Assembly: GCA_964530725.1 (NCBI GenBank)
Contig: CAZGYV010000004.1
Coordinates: 1 to 55,235 of the forward strand
Direction: 5' to 3'
Origin: an uncultured Candidatus Saccharibacteria bacterium
GTDB taxonomy: Bacteria > Patescibacteriota > Saccharimonadia > CAILAD01 > CAZGYV01
DNA: 55,235 nucleotides
Positions 10,398 through 20,288 of the stretch are shown here, one piece after another. The notes below the pieces were generated by a model. It worked only from the letters and a program-made list of their open reading frames with translations, had not been told where the DNA came from and did no database searches. The position numbers and the translations under genes were made by a program. How positions within the stretch are numbered: position 1 is the stretch's first letter; every line of letters begins with the position of its first letter.

Positions 10398-10889
10398 ATG
10401 AACGAAGTTGACAAGCCGCAACCAGAAACAAATAGCAGCGAAAACTCAAGCCCACTAAGTCGCGAACTTGAAGAGATCGCCAGTGCCGCCAATAGTCGGC
10501 CGGAGAAAGACCCTAAGCCCGAAGAAAACATAGATACGGACAGAGGTAAATCCGAAAAGCTTACTGAGTCTCTCAATCTACCCGACTGGACCCGCCATGT
10601 CGCGATAAATCTAGACGCAACCCTCAAAGAAAAAGAGACAGCCCTCAAAGAAAAAAACCAAATTGATGGTGAAAAAGGCCAAATTGATGGTGAAGTGTTT
10701 GAGAATTTGGTAATTCGAAATATGCACAATATACCAAAGGAGGATCAGAGAATTGCCCTGGTGAGCGCACTCTCAGCATTCATTAGCCATCCAAACACCG
10801 AGCAGGGTTTAAGAGGATATTTGCTCAGCCAACTAGACAAAGTATCAAAAGGCGATGATATCAGCCATTTAACTAACAAACAACTTTAA
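10398..10889 (+). CDS. hypothetical acidic protein with short internal tandem repeats
   Basis: 163-aa ORF. A TGgTAAAAT extended -10-like element lies at 10381-10389, just upstream, implying a very short leader. Internal repeats are KEKETALKEK and NQIDGEKGQIDGE. No family recognised. Confidence 0.5.
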   Translation: MNEVDKPQPETNSSENSSPLSRELEEIASAANSRPEKDPKPEENIDTDRGKSEKLTESLNLPDWTRHVAINLDATLKEKETALKEKNQIDGEKGQIDGEVFENLVIRNMHNIPKEDQRIALVSALSAFISHPNTEQGLRGYLLSQLDKVSKGDDISHLTNKQL

Positions 10890-10939
10890 TATGCTGCCCC
10901 GGGTTACTTAGTGCTTAGGTAGAGCAAGCCAAAGACTAT

Positions 10940-12928
10940 TTACTTCCCAATCCTCTTAGACTTTGTGATATCCTTAATCTCCTCAATCTGGTCACGTAAG
11001 ACGGCGGCTTTTTCGAATTGCAAGTTAGCCGCGGCCAGCTCCATTTGCTCGGTCAGCTGGCGCGTCAGATAAGCGAGTTCGTCTTTAGGCACTTTTTTAA
11101 AGTCAACCTCGCGCACGTCAGCCGTCTCGACCTCCGTCTCTTCGCGCAGCCGCTCGGCCACAGCCTTTTGGACACTACGAGGGGTAATGCCATGCTTCTT
11201 ATTATATTCTTCTTGAATTTTACGGCGCCGCTCGGTCTCGTCAATCGCCCGCTTCATCGAGCCGGTCATGTTATCAGCATACATGATCACCATACCTTCT
11301 TCGTGCCGGGCCGCCCGGCCAATCGTTTGGATCAAGCTCGACTCCGACCGCAAGAATCCCTCTTTGTCAGCATCAATAATTGCCACCATACTCACCTCGG
11401 GTAGATCCAAGCCTTCACGCAGCAGATTGATCCCCACCACGACGTCATAAACGCCCAGGCGCAGATCGCGTAAAATATCCGTCCGCTCAAAAGTATCCAC
11501 CTCGGAGTGCAAATACTGCACCTTGATGCCAATATCGCGCAGGTATTCTGTCAAATCCTCGGCCATCCGCTTGGTCAGGGTTGTCACCAGCGCACGCTGG
11601 CCCTTGCCCACTCGAATCCGTATCTCAGCGATCAAGTCATCGACCTGGTGCGTACTCGGCCGGACTTCGATCCTGGGATCAAGCAAGCCAGTCGGGCGAA
11701 TAATCTGCTCCGCCACCGCGCCTGATCGGGACAGTTCGTACTCACCCGGTGTCGCCGAAACGTAAACCACTTGACCGATATGACGATCAAATTCAGTATA
11801 AGTCAGCGGTCGATTATCTAGCGCGCTGGGCAAGCGAAAACCATGATCGATCAAAACCTGTTTCCTAGCCCGATCACCGTTGAACATACCTCGCACCTGC
11901 GGCAACGTCATGTGGCTTTCATCGACAAACATCAAAAAATCATCCGGGAAATAATCAAGCAACGTGGCCGGCTGCTCGCCCGGCTCGCGGTTGGTCAAGT
12001 AGCGAGCGTAATTTTCAATACCCTTAACATAGCCGGTTTGCTCCATAATCTCAGTGTCATAGCCGATCCGCTGCTCCAAGCGCTGGGCCTCTAGGAGCAT
12101 ATTCTGCCCCTTAAACCACTTCACTCGCTCGTGCGCCTCCGTCTTGATGCTCGAGATCGTACGCAACACTTGTTCGCGCGGCGTTACAAAGTGTTTGGCT
12201 GGAAAAATCGATAGCTTTTCCAGCCGCTCAACCACTTCACCGGTCAGAGGATCAATCCGTGTAATGCGCGTTAAGCTATCACCAAAAAATTCCAACCGGT
12301 AGGCAGATTCATCACCAATCGGAAAAACATCAACGTTTTCACCCCTAACCCGAAAAGTACCACGCTCAAAGCTTACGTCATTGCGCGAATATTGAATATC
12401 GGCCAGGTGGCGCAATAGCTTGTCACGCTTGCGAGTCTCGCCAATTATCAAGTGGATAGTCATGTCAGTATAGTCTTGAATGCTGCCAATGCCATAGATA
12501 CAGCTGACACTAGCTACAATCACGACGTCGCGGCGGCTCAATAGCGAGCTGGTAGCGGCGTGACGCAAACGGTCAATTTCCTCATTGATCGAGCTGTCTT
12601 TTTCGATGTAAGTATCACTGCGCGGGATGTAAGCTTCCGGCTGATAATAATCAAAATAGCTGACGAAATAATGTACCGCCGCGTCAGGAAAATATTCACG
12701 GAACTCACCGTAGAGCTGAGCCGCCAGAGTTTTGTTGTGCGACAGGACCAACGTCGGCCGGTCAAGCTGCTTGATGATATTGGCCATCGTAAAAGTCTTG
12801 CCCGAGCCAGTCACACCCAGCAGCGTCTGTTCGCGGTCGCCGCTACGCAAACCTTGAGCCAGCTGCTCGATGGCGGCTGGCTGATCGCCCGCCGGCGGGT
12901 ATTTGGAAATGAGTTTAGTCAAGCTCAT
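10940..12928 (-). CDS. uvrB: excinuclease ABC subunit B (UvrB)
   Basis: Walker [10 protein letters not shown], DExH-type box VDESHMT, helicase C region and a C-terminal UVR motif ([16 protein letters not shown]). ATG at 12926-12928 ([17 protein letters not shown]) is preferred over the ORF extension to 13024. Confidence 0.93.
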   Translation of the reverse strand: MSLTKLISKYPPAGDQPAAIEQLAQGLRSGDREQTLLGVTGSGKTFTMANIIKQLDRPTLVLSHNKTLAAQLYGEFREYFPDAAVHYFVSYFDYYQPEAYIPRSDTYIEKDSSINEEIDRLRHAATSSLLSRRDVVIVASVSCIYGIGSIQDYTDMTIHLIIGETRKRDKLLRHLADIQYSRNDVSFERGTFRVRGENVDVFPIGDESAYRLEFFGDSLTRITRIDPLTGEVVERLEKLSIFPAKHFVTPREQVLRTISSIKTEAHERVKWFKGQNMLLEAQRLEQRIGYDTEIMEQTGYVKGIENYARYLTNREPGEQPATLLDYFPDDFLMFVDESHMTLPQVRGMFNGDRARKQVLIDHGFRLPSALDNRPLTYTEFDRHIGQVVYVSATPGEYELSRSGAVAEQIIRPTGLLDPRIEVRPSTHQVDDLIAEIRIRVGKGQRALVTTLTKRMAEDLTEYLRDIGIKVQYLHSEVDTFERTDILRDLRLGVYDVVVGINLLREGLDLPEVSMVAIIDADKEGFLRSESSLIQTIGRAARHEEGMVIMYADNMTGSMKRAIDETERRRKIQEEYNKKHGITPRSVQKAVAERLREETEVETADVREVDFKKVPKDELAYLTRQLTEQMELAAANLQFEKAAVLRDQIEEIKDITKSKRIGK

Positions 12929-13055
12929 GGCTACATTATACCTTAATCTACCGATGATAATCCTTGACAATAAAATTAAATAGTAGCAGAATGTGATGGC
13001 CTTTTGACAATTCACATCTGTCAAGCAGACAGCCTTCCAGAGAAAGCGGCGATCA

Positions 13056-13553
13056 ATGCAAGTGGCTCAAGTTATCTCCAGCAATGGAGTAGAGATAGAG
13101 ATCACCGAAGAGTTGTGCTATATGCGTTTCGTGGCCAACTCGCACCTCACTCTTCTCGAAGCTGAGAACATCCAAAAGCTGGCTGGCTACCCGCCCATCA
13201 ACCATGGTTTGTGGGGACATGAGCACACGCAAGATGAAGCTGGAGAGATCGACTGTACTTGGTGGTACTGCCGGAAGAAAATCAACTCCGTCTCGGTCGA
13301 ATACCTTGAGACGAAATTCGAAACTCAAGGTGAAAAGCAAATCGTCAGATTCTTAGTTACGTCAAGAAAGCCTTTCAATGAATGGAAAGCGCGGCAGGTC
13401 CAGCGCTTACTTGGCTGCACCAAGAAGAATGCTAAGCCAAATGACCTGCAAGTAGTGCGGATGACCAAGACGGTCTGGTACGCTAGCTGGTGGGCATTGG
13501 CGCTTAAGCACTGCGACCCTGCTCAGCTCGTTGATCAAGGGAGTACGTCATGA
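13056..13553 (+). CDS. hypothetical protein (165 aa, Cys/Trp-rich)
   Basis: The ORF is translationally coupled (ATGA at 13550-13553) to the next ORF. No family recognised. Confidence 0.5.
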   Translation: MQVAQVISSNGVEIEITEELCYMRFVANSHLTLLEAENIQKLAGYPPINHGLWGHEHTQDEAGEIDCTWWYCRKKINSVSVEYLETKFETQGEKQIVRFLVTSRKPFNEWKARQVQRLLGCTKKNAKPNDLQVVRMTKTVWYASWWALALKHCDPAQLVDQGSTS

Positions 13554-13834
13554 TCAACGAGATACCACTACTTGAGCTCAGCGATCATCAATTAGCAGCT
13601 ATCCAAGTGGTAGCCGCTCAGGTCATCGCCTGCGAGGAAGCGACCGACATGCAAGAAGCCTTGGAATACGCCCTCTCGGCGATAATCAACGCCTTCTTGT
13701 CAACGAACTACTTCGAGCTGAAGATCTTCATTAAAAGGTTTTTGACCGAGCTCGATGGCGCTCACGCTGGACTGGTGCAAACATTTTGGCTAGCCGATGA
13801 CTACCTGGATCACATCCACAGTATTACCGGTTAG
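13550..13834 (+). CDS. hypothetical acidic helical protein (94 aa)
   Basis: Overlaps the upstream stop by 4 nt and is followed directly by a 15-bp hairpin. Confidence 0.5.
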   Translation: MINEIPLLELSDHQLAAIQVVAAQVIACEEATDMQEALEYALSAIINAFLSTNYFELKIFIKRFLTELDGAHAGLVQTFWLADDYLDHIHSITG

Positions 13835-13835
13835 C

Positions 13836-13877
13836 AATGTAGCCTTGTTCGTCGTCAGAGATGAACAAGGCTACATT
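13836..13877 (+). terminator. hairpin terminator candidate
   Basis: Perfect 15-bp stem, aatgtagccttgttc (13836-13850) with gaacaaggctacatt (13863-13877), and a 12-nt loop. The T-tract is weak. Confidence 0.55.
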
Positions 13878-13904
13878 TAGATTAGAACGCCGCCATCAAT
13901 TATC

Positions 13905-13933
13905 TTGACAAACTCTTTAATTTATTCTATTAT
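13905..13933 (+). promoter_or_regulatory. sigma70-like promoter for the 13973 gene
   Basis: TTGACA (13905-13910), a 17-nt spacer, then TATTAT (13928-13933). AAGGAAG Shine-Dalgarno lies before ATG 13973. Confidence 0.5.
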
Positions 13934-13972
13934 TAGCCTGCTTAGTCGTCAAATCAAAAAGAAGGAAGTGAC

Positions 13973-14293
13973 ATGACTGAAGCTAAGCTCAGCCGGCCAG
14001 AGACCACCCTGACAGAGGAGGGCCTTGCCAGAGTGGCCTATCGAGTGCTTAATCTCTTGAAATTGACCGTCGCGACTATGATCTTCGGGAGTGGGGGAGT
14101 CACTTTTGGCGTTCTCCTATCGGAGGCTCTCGCAATGGAGCTTTGGGGCTCAGTGATTTCCCTGATCGCGCTTACTTTCCTAGCGTTTCTAGCCCTTGGG
14201 AAGACCATCGCCAAGCTGATGCGCACCTGGAGCAATCTCAAAAAGTACGCTTTCGGCAAAGAAGACGCGATGAAGGAGGAGACTGGAAGCTAA
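13973..14293 (+). CDS. hypothetical small membrane protein (2 predicted TM helices)
   Basis: 106-aa ORF with hydrophobic segments ATMIFGSGGVTFGVLLSEALAM and VISLIALTFLAFLALG. It has its own promoter and terminator. Confidence 0.55.
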   Translation: MTEAKLSRPETTLTEEGLARVAYRVLNLLKLTVATMIFGSGGVTFGVLLSEALAMELWGSVISLIALTFLAFLALGKTIAKLMRTWSNLKKYAFGKEDAMKEETGS

Positions 14294-14297
14294 AACC

Positions 14298-14362
14298 GCG
14301 GGGTGGGACTATCCCACCCCGCCCCGACCAAAGATTTTAATATTTTAAAGTTTTTGGTCGGG
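14298..14362. terminator. tandem hairpins between convergent genes (bidirectional terminator candidate)
   Basis: An 11-bp GC-rich stem, gcggggtggga/tcccaccccgc (14298-14322), followed by a 10-bp stem, cccgaccaaa/tttggtcggg (14323-14362), with A/T runs on both sides. Confidence 0.65.
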
Positions 14363-14364
14363 TT

Positions 14365-14880
14365 TTAATAAATCAATACGTAGATTGCCAATACAAAAGC
14401 CACTAGCTGCCAAACATCGGTCGGGCGCATTGGCCGCGCGCCGTGCGGCAAGGGGCTAGACGGCTCATCATGCCAGTGCACCGCCTCATGTAAAGCCATT
14501 TCCTGCCTTACAACGGCAGTCTTTGGGATAAACTTCAATTTAATAAGCGTCTCGAACATATCCGGCGCCAGCGAACCAAACATGGCAGCGGCAATAACCA
14601 CAAGCTCCGCGCTCAAGCCATACTTACCCCAAGCCAGCCATACCAATAGTAGCGCGCCAATGATAAAATCAACGAACAAAGTGCCAACCGATCTAATAGT
14701 CAAGTGCTTGTCATCGATACAATAATGGCCATGGGGAATAAAATCGCAAGCATAGTGCAGCCCAGCAGCCAAGACAAAAGCCAGCGCCGCTACTGCCCAA
14801 CCTGGGCTTGAAGGGGCGCTGACGGCCACTATTCCTACACCAATTAGGATACCAATGCTACTATGTCCGACCGCGATCAT
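14365..14880 (-). CDS. membrane protein, YdjM/DUF457-like metal-dependent hydrolase (tentative)
   Basis: 171 aa, multi-TM, His-rich motif HYACDFIPHGHY. The family assignment is from memory and is weak. Confidence 0.55.
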   Translation of the reverse strand: MIAVGHSSIGILIGVGIVAVSAPSSPGWAVAALAFVLAAGLHYACDFIPHGHYCIDDKHLTIRSVGTLFVDFIIGALLLVWLAWGKYGLSAELVVIAAAMFGSLAPDMFETLIKLKFIPKTAVVRQEMALHEAVHWHDEPSSPLPHGARPMRPTDVWQLVAFVLAIYVLIY

Positions 14881-15091
14881 TGGTGTTAATTATAGCAAAT
14901 ATTCACCGGCTTACTTATAGTGCTGACATAAAAAAATTATCAATAAAAATCAAGCGAGGCTTAAGTTAACAAACAAGGCTCTGCCAGGCAATCATCGGCT
15001 CTGTTTGACATGTGACCCACCTAAATCTCAACCCTACTCTTGATTACTATTCTAGCAGTCATCAACAGAAGAAAATATTGCCCAAACATAC

Positions 15092-15120
15092 AAATAGTCC
15101 CAACTCATATGGGACTATTT
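15092..15120 (-). terminator. hairpin downstream of the glutaredoxin-like gene
   Basis: aaatagtccc / gggactattt stem of about 10 bp with a 9-nt loop, flanked by T-rich sequence. Confidence 0.45.
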
Positions 15121-15224
15121 GCGTATAGATTTATTGTTTATTTTACGATAATGACGGCTGCTGTTAGTGCTGTTTTAGTTAAAACGTTGTGTTTTTTACA
15201 GCATAAGCGCATTAGTAAAAGCTG

Positions 15225-15461
15225 TCAAGCTTTTTTCAGCAAACTTTCGAGCTTAGCTTCATCAAAACCAACGACTATCTCACCATTAAAATCAATCACC
15301 GGTACGCCCATCTGGCCGCTTTTAGCAATCATCTCCTGAGCCGCCGATGGATCGGTCGTCACGTCAATCGCTTGAAAATCAACGCCTTTTTCTTTGAGGA
15401 AATCCTTGGTAGCACTACAGAAATGGCAAGTTGGAGTTGTGTAAACCTTGATTTGGGACAT
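15225..15461 (-). CDS. glutaredoxin-like / NrdH-like small redoxin
   Basis: 78 aa. VYTTPTCHFCSATKDFLKEKGV contains a CxxC motif, and GVPVI lies near the C-terminus, consistent with a thioredoxin fold. Confidence 0.8.
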   Translation of the reverse strand: MSQIKVYTTPTCHFCSATKDFLKEKGVDFQAIDVTTDPSAAQEMIAKSGQMGVPVIDFNGEIVVGFDEAKLESLLKKA

Positions 15462-15500
15462 ATCTACTCCTTGAATTATGCTCTTATTATAGCATAAAAA

Positions 15501-16433
15501 TTACTTTTTCGCTAGCCATCTTGAGGCCGCAATGGCTGCCTTAGCCCCCTCGCCGGCCGCCACGATAATTTGCTTTTCAATCACTTCAGTCACATCACCA
15601 GCCGCGAAAATCCCGGCGATATTGGTCATGTTATTTTTGTCTATCAATATCTCGCCGTCCTGATTACACTTGACTAAACCGCGCAAATAATCCGTCGCCG
15701 CCACGCTGCCAACTTCGATAAAAACCCCGGTGACCGGTAAGTCTTTTTCAATACCGGCGGTATTATCCAAGATCGTTATACTATTAACAAACTTAGCACC
15801 CTCTATTTTTTTGAGCTCGGCTTGATTAATAATGCGGATGTTGTGCGCTTGCTTGGCCTTATCCACCATCAGCTTTTCAGCCGTCAGCTCAGTATCGATA
15901 TTGATCACGTAAATTTGTTTAGCGATTTTTGCCGCACTAAGTGCCGCGTCAACCGCCGAATTGCCGCCACCGATGATCGCTACGTCACGACCGGCGAACA
16001 ACGGCCCATCACACCAGGCACAATAAGTCACGCCGCGATTCAAAAACTTTTCCTCGCCCTCAACGCCGAGCTGGCGCGGTACGCGTCCGCTGGCAATAAT
16101 AACCGCACGCGCGACTTCGCGCTCACCACCATCAAGCCGCACCTCAAAACCTAAATCCACTTTTTCAATCGACTCAACGCCGCCGGTCAGGCGCAACTCG
16201 ACATCATCTTTGAATTCTTCAAGATGTTGTTCAAATTTGCCGGTTAAATCAGCCCCACTCACCATCGCGAAGCCAGTGTAGTTTTCAATATCGCTGCTCA
16301 AAGCCGCCTGACCGCCAATCGAGCGAGTTAAAATCAATGTCTTGAGCTTTTTTCGAGCGGCGTAAATACCGGCCGTCATGCCAGCCGGGCCGCCGCCGAT
16401 AATTATCAAGTCATATTCTCGCGCAGGCGACAC
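15501..16433 (-). CDS. trxB: thioredoxin-disulfide reductase
   Basis: IIGGGPAGMTAG FAD motif, redox-active CAWCDG, IIGGGNSAVD NADPH motif, FAAGDV. Confidence 0.88.
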   Translation of the reverse strand: MSPAREYDLIIIGGGPAGMTAGIYAARKKLKTLILTRSIGGQAALSSDIENYTGFAMVSGADLTGKFEQHLEEFKDDVELRLTGGVESIEKVDLGFEVRLDGGEREVARAVIIASGRVPRQLGVEGEEKFLNRGVTYCAWCDGPLFAGRDVAIIGGGNSAVDAALSAAKIAKQIYVINIDTELTAEKLMVDKAKQAHNIRIINQAELKKIEGAKFVNSITILDNTAGIEKDLPVTGVFIEVGSVAATDYLRGLVKCNQDGEILIDKNNMTNIAGIFAAGDVTEVIEKQIIVAAGEGAKAAIAASRWLAKK

Positions 16434-17440
16434 TAAAACTCCTTCGGCTTATAGTCGGCCGGGGCGTTTTTGAGCAAGTCAAGCAAGGCGGGTTTTTTCA
16501 GTAGTCCAGCTTGCGCACCGACATTTTGGACGACGTTCATCGAATTAATTGGTGCCCACCGCATGGCTGTTTCGATCGACTCACCCATCGCAACAGCCGC
16601 TGTGAAGGTTGAGGAATAGGCGTCACCGGCACCGGTTCGCTCTAGCGGCGGCTTGGGATCGGGGTAGTTGCGCATTGACAAAACCTTTGTGCCATCCGAA
16701 ACGTAACTACCATGCGGACCGTCCGTGATACAAACCACCCGCGGACCCAACTCGTGCAAGGCCCGTGCCAATTTTTTGATATCCACTTCCTTAACACCCG
16801 TGATCAGCTGAGCCTCTTCTTTGTTGCAGAAGAAAAGTTCAGTCCGCTTGTAGATACCTGTCAGCGCGTCAGTACCGAATTTCATCTGAAAAGTGCCCGG
16901 CTGAAAAGCAACTTTGACATCGGCGTGATCGTTGAGATAATCAATCAATTGACGGTGAAACGCAAGCGAGTTCTCGCCTAGTGAGCTGAGATAGATCCAA
17001 CGTGGTTTTTTATGAGCATTAAATCTTGGTAAACGATAGGCGTATTCTTCATGCTTGATAAGGATTGTGCGATCATCCTTGTACCAGAGCACGTAATGAT
17101 AATTGGTCTTCTTGCCGGGATTAATATGTATAAACTCAGTCGACACTTGCTCGCTTTTCATCGCCGCTAACACGTCGTGGCCATAACTATCCACCCCGAT
17201 ATTGCTCGCCAAGCCAGACTTAAGGCCTAGCCGCGCGAAGCTCACGGCCGCGTTCGGACTGTTGCCCACGCCAGAAATAATAGTCACGCTTTTAAAAGGC
17301 AGCTTCGAGCCATAGGTCATACACAAAAGTGGATGGTGATCTTTTGGCGACGGGTCAATTTCAGCCTCTTTTGGCAATAGCTCGATAAAAGCATCGATTA
17401 CCACATCTCCGATCGCCACAATATCTGGTTGGTTTGTCAT
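16433..17440 (-). CDS. PfkB-family carbohydrate/nucleoside kinase
   Basis: 335 aa. N-terminal IGDVVIDAF and C-terminal TGAGDAYSSTF PfkB signature. Substrate not inferable. Confidence 0.8.
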   Translation of the reverse strand: MTNQPDIVAIGDVVIDAFIELLPKEAEIDPSPKDHHPLLCMTYGSKLPFKSVTIISGVGNSPNAAVSFARLGLKSGLASNIGVDSYGHDVLAAMKSEQVSTEFIHINPGKKTNYHYVLWYKDDRTILIKHEEYAYRLPRFNAHKKPRWIYLSSLGENSLAFHRQLIDYLNDHADVKVAFQPGTFQMKFGTDALTGIYKRTELFFCNKEEAQLITGVKEVDIKKLARALHELGPRVVCITDGPHGSYVSDGTKVLSMRNYPDPKPPLERTGAGDAYSSTFTAAVAMGESIETAMRWAPINSMNVVQNVGAQAGLLKKPALLDLLKNAPADYKPKEF

Positions 17441-17450
17441 TTTTACCCTC

Positions 17451-18422
17451 CTAAATAAACCGTTTATTTATTTTAAAATTATTCAAAGCCGAGTTACACA
17501 GCAATCCAGCTTTAGCGCCAATGTAGCCGATCACTGAAGTGGCATTGGCCGAGCCCAGTGTCAGCCCCTGCTCAATATCGCCGCCTCGCATGATAGCGGC
17601 AACAAAACCGGAGCAGAACGCGTCGCCAGCACCAGTGCGGTCAATCACTCGCACTTTTTTATAAATACCACAGCGATAAGTGAAGCCGGCCTGCACCGCC
17701 CAAGCGCCATTTGGCCCATCCGTCATAACCAATGTACCAATGCCGCTATCGCGAGCCCGCAGCAGCAGCGTGTCAGGATCATTATACCCCATCAGCAACT
17801 CAGCTTCATCGCGATTCATAATCACGATGTCGGCTTGCGACAGTATCTTGAGCAGGCGCCGGGGTTTTTTGATCTCCGCGCTCCCGGGATTAATAATTAG
17901 CTTGGCACCATTTTTCTTGGCCCACGACGCGAGAGTGGACAGGGATTTCAGATCACCATTCAAAGAAGTCAGCAAGAGCCAATCTGCTCGCACGCTTGTC
18001 AGCTTAAAATCAGCCGTGTCAAAAAACATCGCCGCACCGCGATGCGCTAAGATCGTCCGATCGCCCGAGTAGGGCTTTAGCAGTGCCGAGTAGCCAGTGT
18101 GGTATTTTTGGTTTTTTTTGACCAGCGCGGTACTAACGCCTTCTTGCTCGAGCTGGTGCAACACCTCGCGACCGGCACTGTCCAAACCAACCTTAGTCAA
18201 GCAAGCCGCCTTAAAACCTTGGCGAGCAAAAGTCGTAGCCGTATTGGTCGCACTACCGCCAGTCTCATAAACGATATCATCGACATCTATCTTGCTGCCG
18301 AATTCAAAAATATTATATTTAGCCCGATCAATAGTTTGCGGTTTAAAGGCCTTGCTAAATAAAAAAACGTCTTGAGTCGCCGAGCCGACAGTGATAACAT
18401 CAAACTTCAATTTTGAGCCCAC
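17451..18422 (-). CDS. PfkB-family (ribokinase-like) kinase
   Basis: VITVGSATQD and TGAGDAFCSGF signatures. The ORF extends to 18488, overlapping the upstream gene. GTG at 18420-18422 sits one nt after the upstream stop, so I prefer it. Confidence 0.8.
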   Translation of the reverse strand: MGSKLKFDVITVGSATQDVFLFSKAFKPQTIDRAKYNIFEFGSKIDVDDIVYETGGSATNTATTFARQGFKAACLTKVGLDSAGREVLHQLEQEGVSTALVKKNQKYHTGYSALLKPYSGDRTILAHRGAAMFFDTADFKLTSVRADWLLLTSLNGDLKSLSTLASWAKKNGAKLIINPGSAEIKKPRRLLKILSQADIVIMNRDEAELLMGYNDPDTLLLRARDSGIGTLVMTDGPNGAWAVQAGFTYRCGIYKKVRVIDRTGAGDAFCSGFVAAIMRGGDIEQGLTLGSANATSVIGYIGAKAGLLCNSALNNFKINKRFI

Positions 18423-18423
18423 G

Positions 18424-19413
18424 TCAATGCGCCTTTCTCTTGATAACTGACTCGATAGCATCGGTGATGTGTGGCGCTGACAATCCATAGCTATCCCATA
18501 GCTCCGTTATCGAACCTGATTGACCGAATCGATCTTGGATGCCAACGAAACTCACCGGTACGGGATGACGGGCGGCCAGCATTTCGGCTACCACGCCTCC
18601 CAACCCACCTGAGACTTGAGCTTCTTCGACCGTCACCACGGCGCCGGTCTTTTCGACACTGGCGAGAATGGTTTTTTCGTCAAGCGGCTTGATGGTGGCG
18701 CAATTAATAATTTCTACCGACACACCTTCTTCCTCGAGCCCACGAGCTGCCAACATGACTTCGTAGAGCAATGGGCCGCAGGCCACCACTGTGACATCGT
18801 GTCCCTCGCGCAGAATATTCGCCCTACCAATCTCAAATGGTGTCTTTTCAGTCGTTACAACTGGGGTTTTTTCGCGTGCTAGGCGCAAATAAGACGGTGT
18901 TTTAGTCTTGGCCAGAGCAATGGTGGCTTTGCGAGCTTCGTGGATGTCGGCTGGTACCACAACCGTCATATGCGGCAAGACTCGCATCAGGGCGATATCC
19001 TCGAGCATCTGATGGGTGGCGCCATCCGGGCCAACTGACACCCCGGCGTGACTACCGACTATTTTGACTGGCTGTTCGTTCAAGCAAACTGTAGTCCTGA
19101 TTTGCTCCCAGTTGCGGCCCGGCGAAAAAGCCGCATAGCTAGTGGCAAAGGGGATTTTCCCCACCGCCGCTAGTCCTGCCGCGACAGTGACAAGGTTTTG
19201 CTCGGCCACCCCAATTTCGATAAAACGCTCAGGAAATTCCTTGGCAAAAGCCGCCATCTGCGTCGACCCGGTCACGTCAGCTGCTAGCGCGACGATGCTT
19301 TTGTTGTCGCGGCCAGCCTCAACCAAGCCTTCGCCGAAGCCTTTTCGAATCGGCGCGTACTCTAGCGAATCAATGAATAGATTTGGATTAAGATGTTGGG
19401 ATTTGACTAACAT
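18424..19413 (-). CDS. transketolase, C-terminal (pyrimidine-binding) subunit
   Basis: 329 aa. GVAEQNLV and GPDGATHQMLEDIALMR motifs. Shares nt 19413 with the N-terminal subunit gene. Confidence 0.9.
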   Translation of the reverse strand: MLVKSQHLNPNLFIDSLEYAPIRKGFGEGLVEAGRDNKSIVALAADVTGSTQMAAFAKEFPERFIEIGVAEQNLVTVAAGLAAVGKIPFATSYAAFSPGRNWEQIRTTVCLNEQPVKIVGSHAGVSVGPDGATHQMLEDIALMRVLPHMTVVVPADIHEARKATIALAKTKTPSYLRLAREKTPVVTTEKTPFEIGRANILREGHDVTVVACGPLLYEVMLAARGLEEEGVSVEIINCATIKPLDEKTILASVEKTGAVVTVEEAQVSGGLGGVVAEMLAARHPVPVSFVGIQDRFGQSGSITELWDSYGLSAPHITDAIESVIKRKAH

Positions 19414-20288
19414 TACTCGTGCTCACTCCTAATTCTGCCGCGCAATGTCCGCAGCTCGGCCAAAGCGACCTTGGTCTGCTCGCCTTTGGGCGGCGCTCCC
19501 GGGTGATCGGCTAAGTTTGGCGGTACGCCATGCCAGTAAAAATCATGTTCCATATAGTCAACGCCGCGACCCGGAATTGTGTGTGCGATTATACAAGTCG
19601 GCTTTTCGAAAATTGCCTTGCTCTGTTCGCAAGCAGCGATTATTTCTTCAATATTATGCCCATCAATCTCGATAACATGCCAATTAAACGCCTGCCACTT
19701 CATCGCCAGCGGCTCTAACGGCATAACCTCTTCTGTCACGCCGTCAATTTGGATGTTGTTGCGATCAATGATGACCGTCAGATTCGACAGCTTGTTCTTG
19801 CCGATAAACATCGCCGCCTCCCAGATATTACCCTCATTGAGCTCGCCATCACCAGTCAAACACCAAACCCGCTCTTGCTTGCGCCCATCCATCCGCAGGC
19901 CATACGCCATGCCGGCCGCCTGTGACAAGCCACTGCCTAGTGGCCCGGAAGTCGTTTCCAATCCCGGTAAGCGCACCCTCTCCGGGTGCCCCTGCAAACG
20001 GCTACCATATTGGCGCAGAGTCGATAGTTCCTTTTTGTCAAAAAACCCAGCTTCGGCCATCGTAACATACAGCACTGGATTGATATGGCCGTTAGAGAGC
20101 ACTATGCGATCTCGCTCGCTCCAATCAGGACGCGCGGGATTGATTCGAGCGACCTTAAAAAATAAAGCCGTGAAAACATCTACCATGCCCAGCGGGCCAG
20201 CCGAATGTCCACTCTTCGCCGTCGTCAACATTTTGATAATTTCCTGGCGGATGGCATTGGCTTTGAGCTCGAGCTGCTTGGTGGTCAT
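19413..20288 (-). CDS. transketolase, N-terminal (TPP-binding) subunit
   Basis: 291 aa. SGHSAGPLGMVDV, SNGH and LTGDGELNEGNIWEA motifs typical of split transketolase. Confidence 0.9.
   Translation of the reverse strand: MTTKQLELKANAIRQEIIKMLTTAKSGHSAGPLGMVDVFTALFFKVARINPARPDWSERDRIVLSNGHINPVLYVTMAEAGFFDKKELSTLRQYGSRLQGHPERVRLPGLETTSGPLGSGLSQAAGMAYGLRMDGRKQERVWCLTGDGELNEGNIWEAAMFIGKNKLSNLTVIIDRNNIQIDGVTEEVMPLEPLAMKWQAFNWHVIEIDGHNIEEIIAACEQSKAIFEKPTCIIAHTIPGRGVDYMEHDFYWHGVPPNLADHPGAPPKGEQTKVALAELRTLRGRIRSEHE

Noticed and set aside
10313-10729. 138-aa minus-strand ORF overlapping the 10398-10889 gene and the uvrA upstream region
   Set aside because: Its sequence is Ser/Phe/Leu-rich and low-complexity, and it lies antisense to an ORF with a better start context. 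I kept the plus-strand ORF, although neither has a family match.
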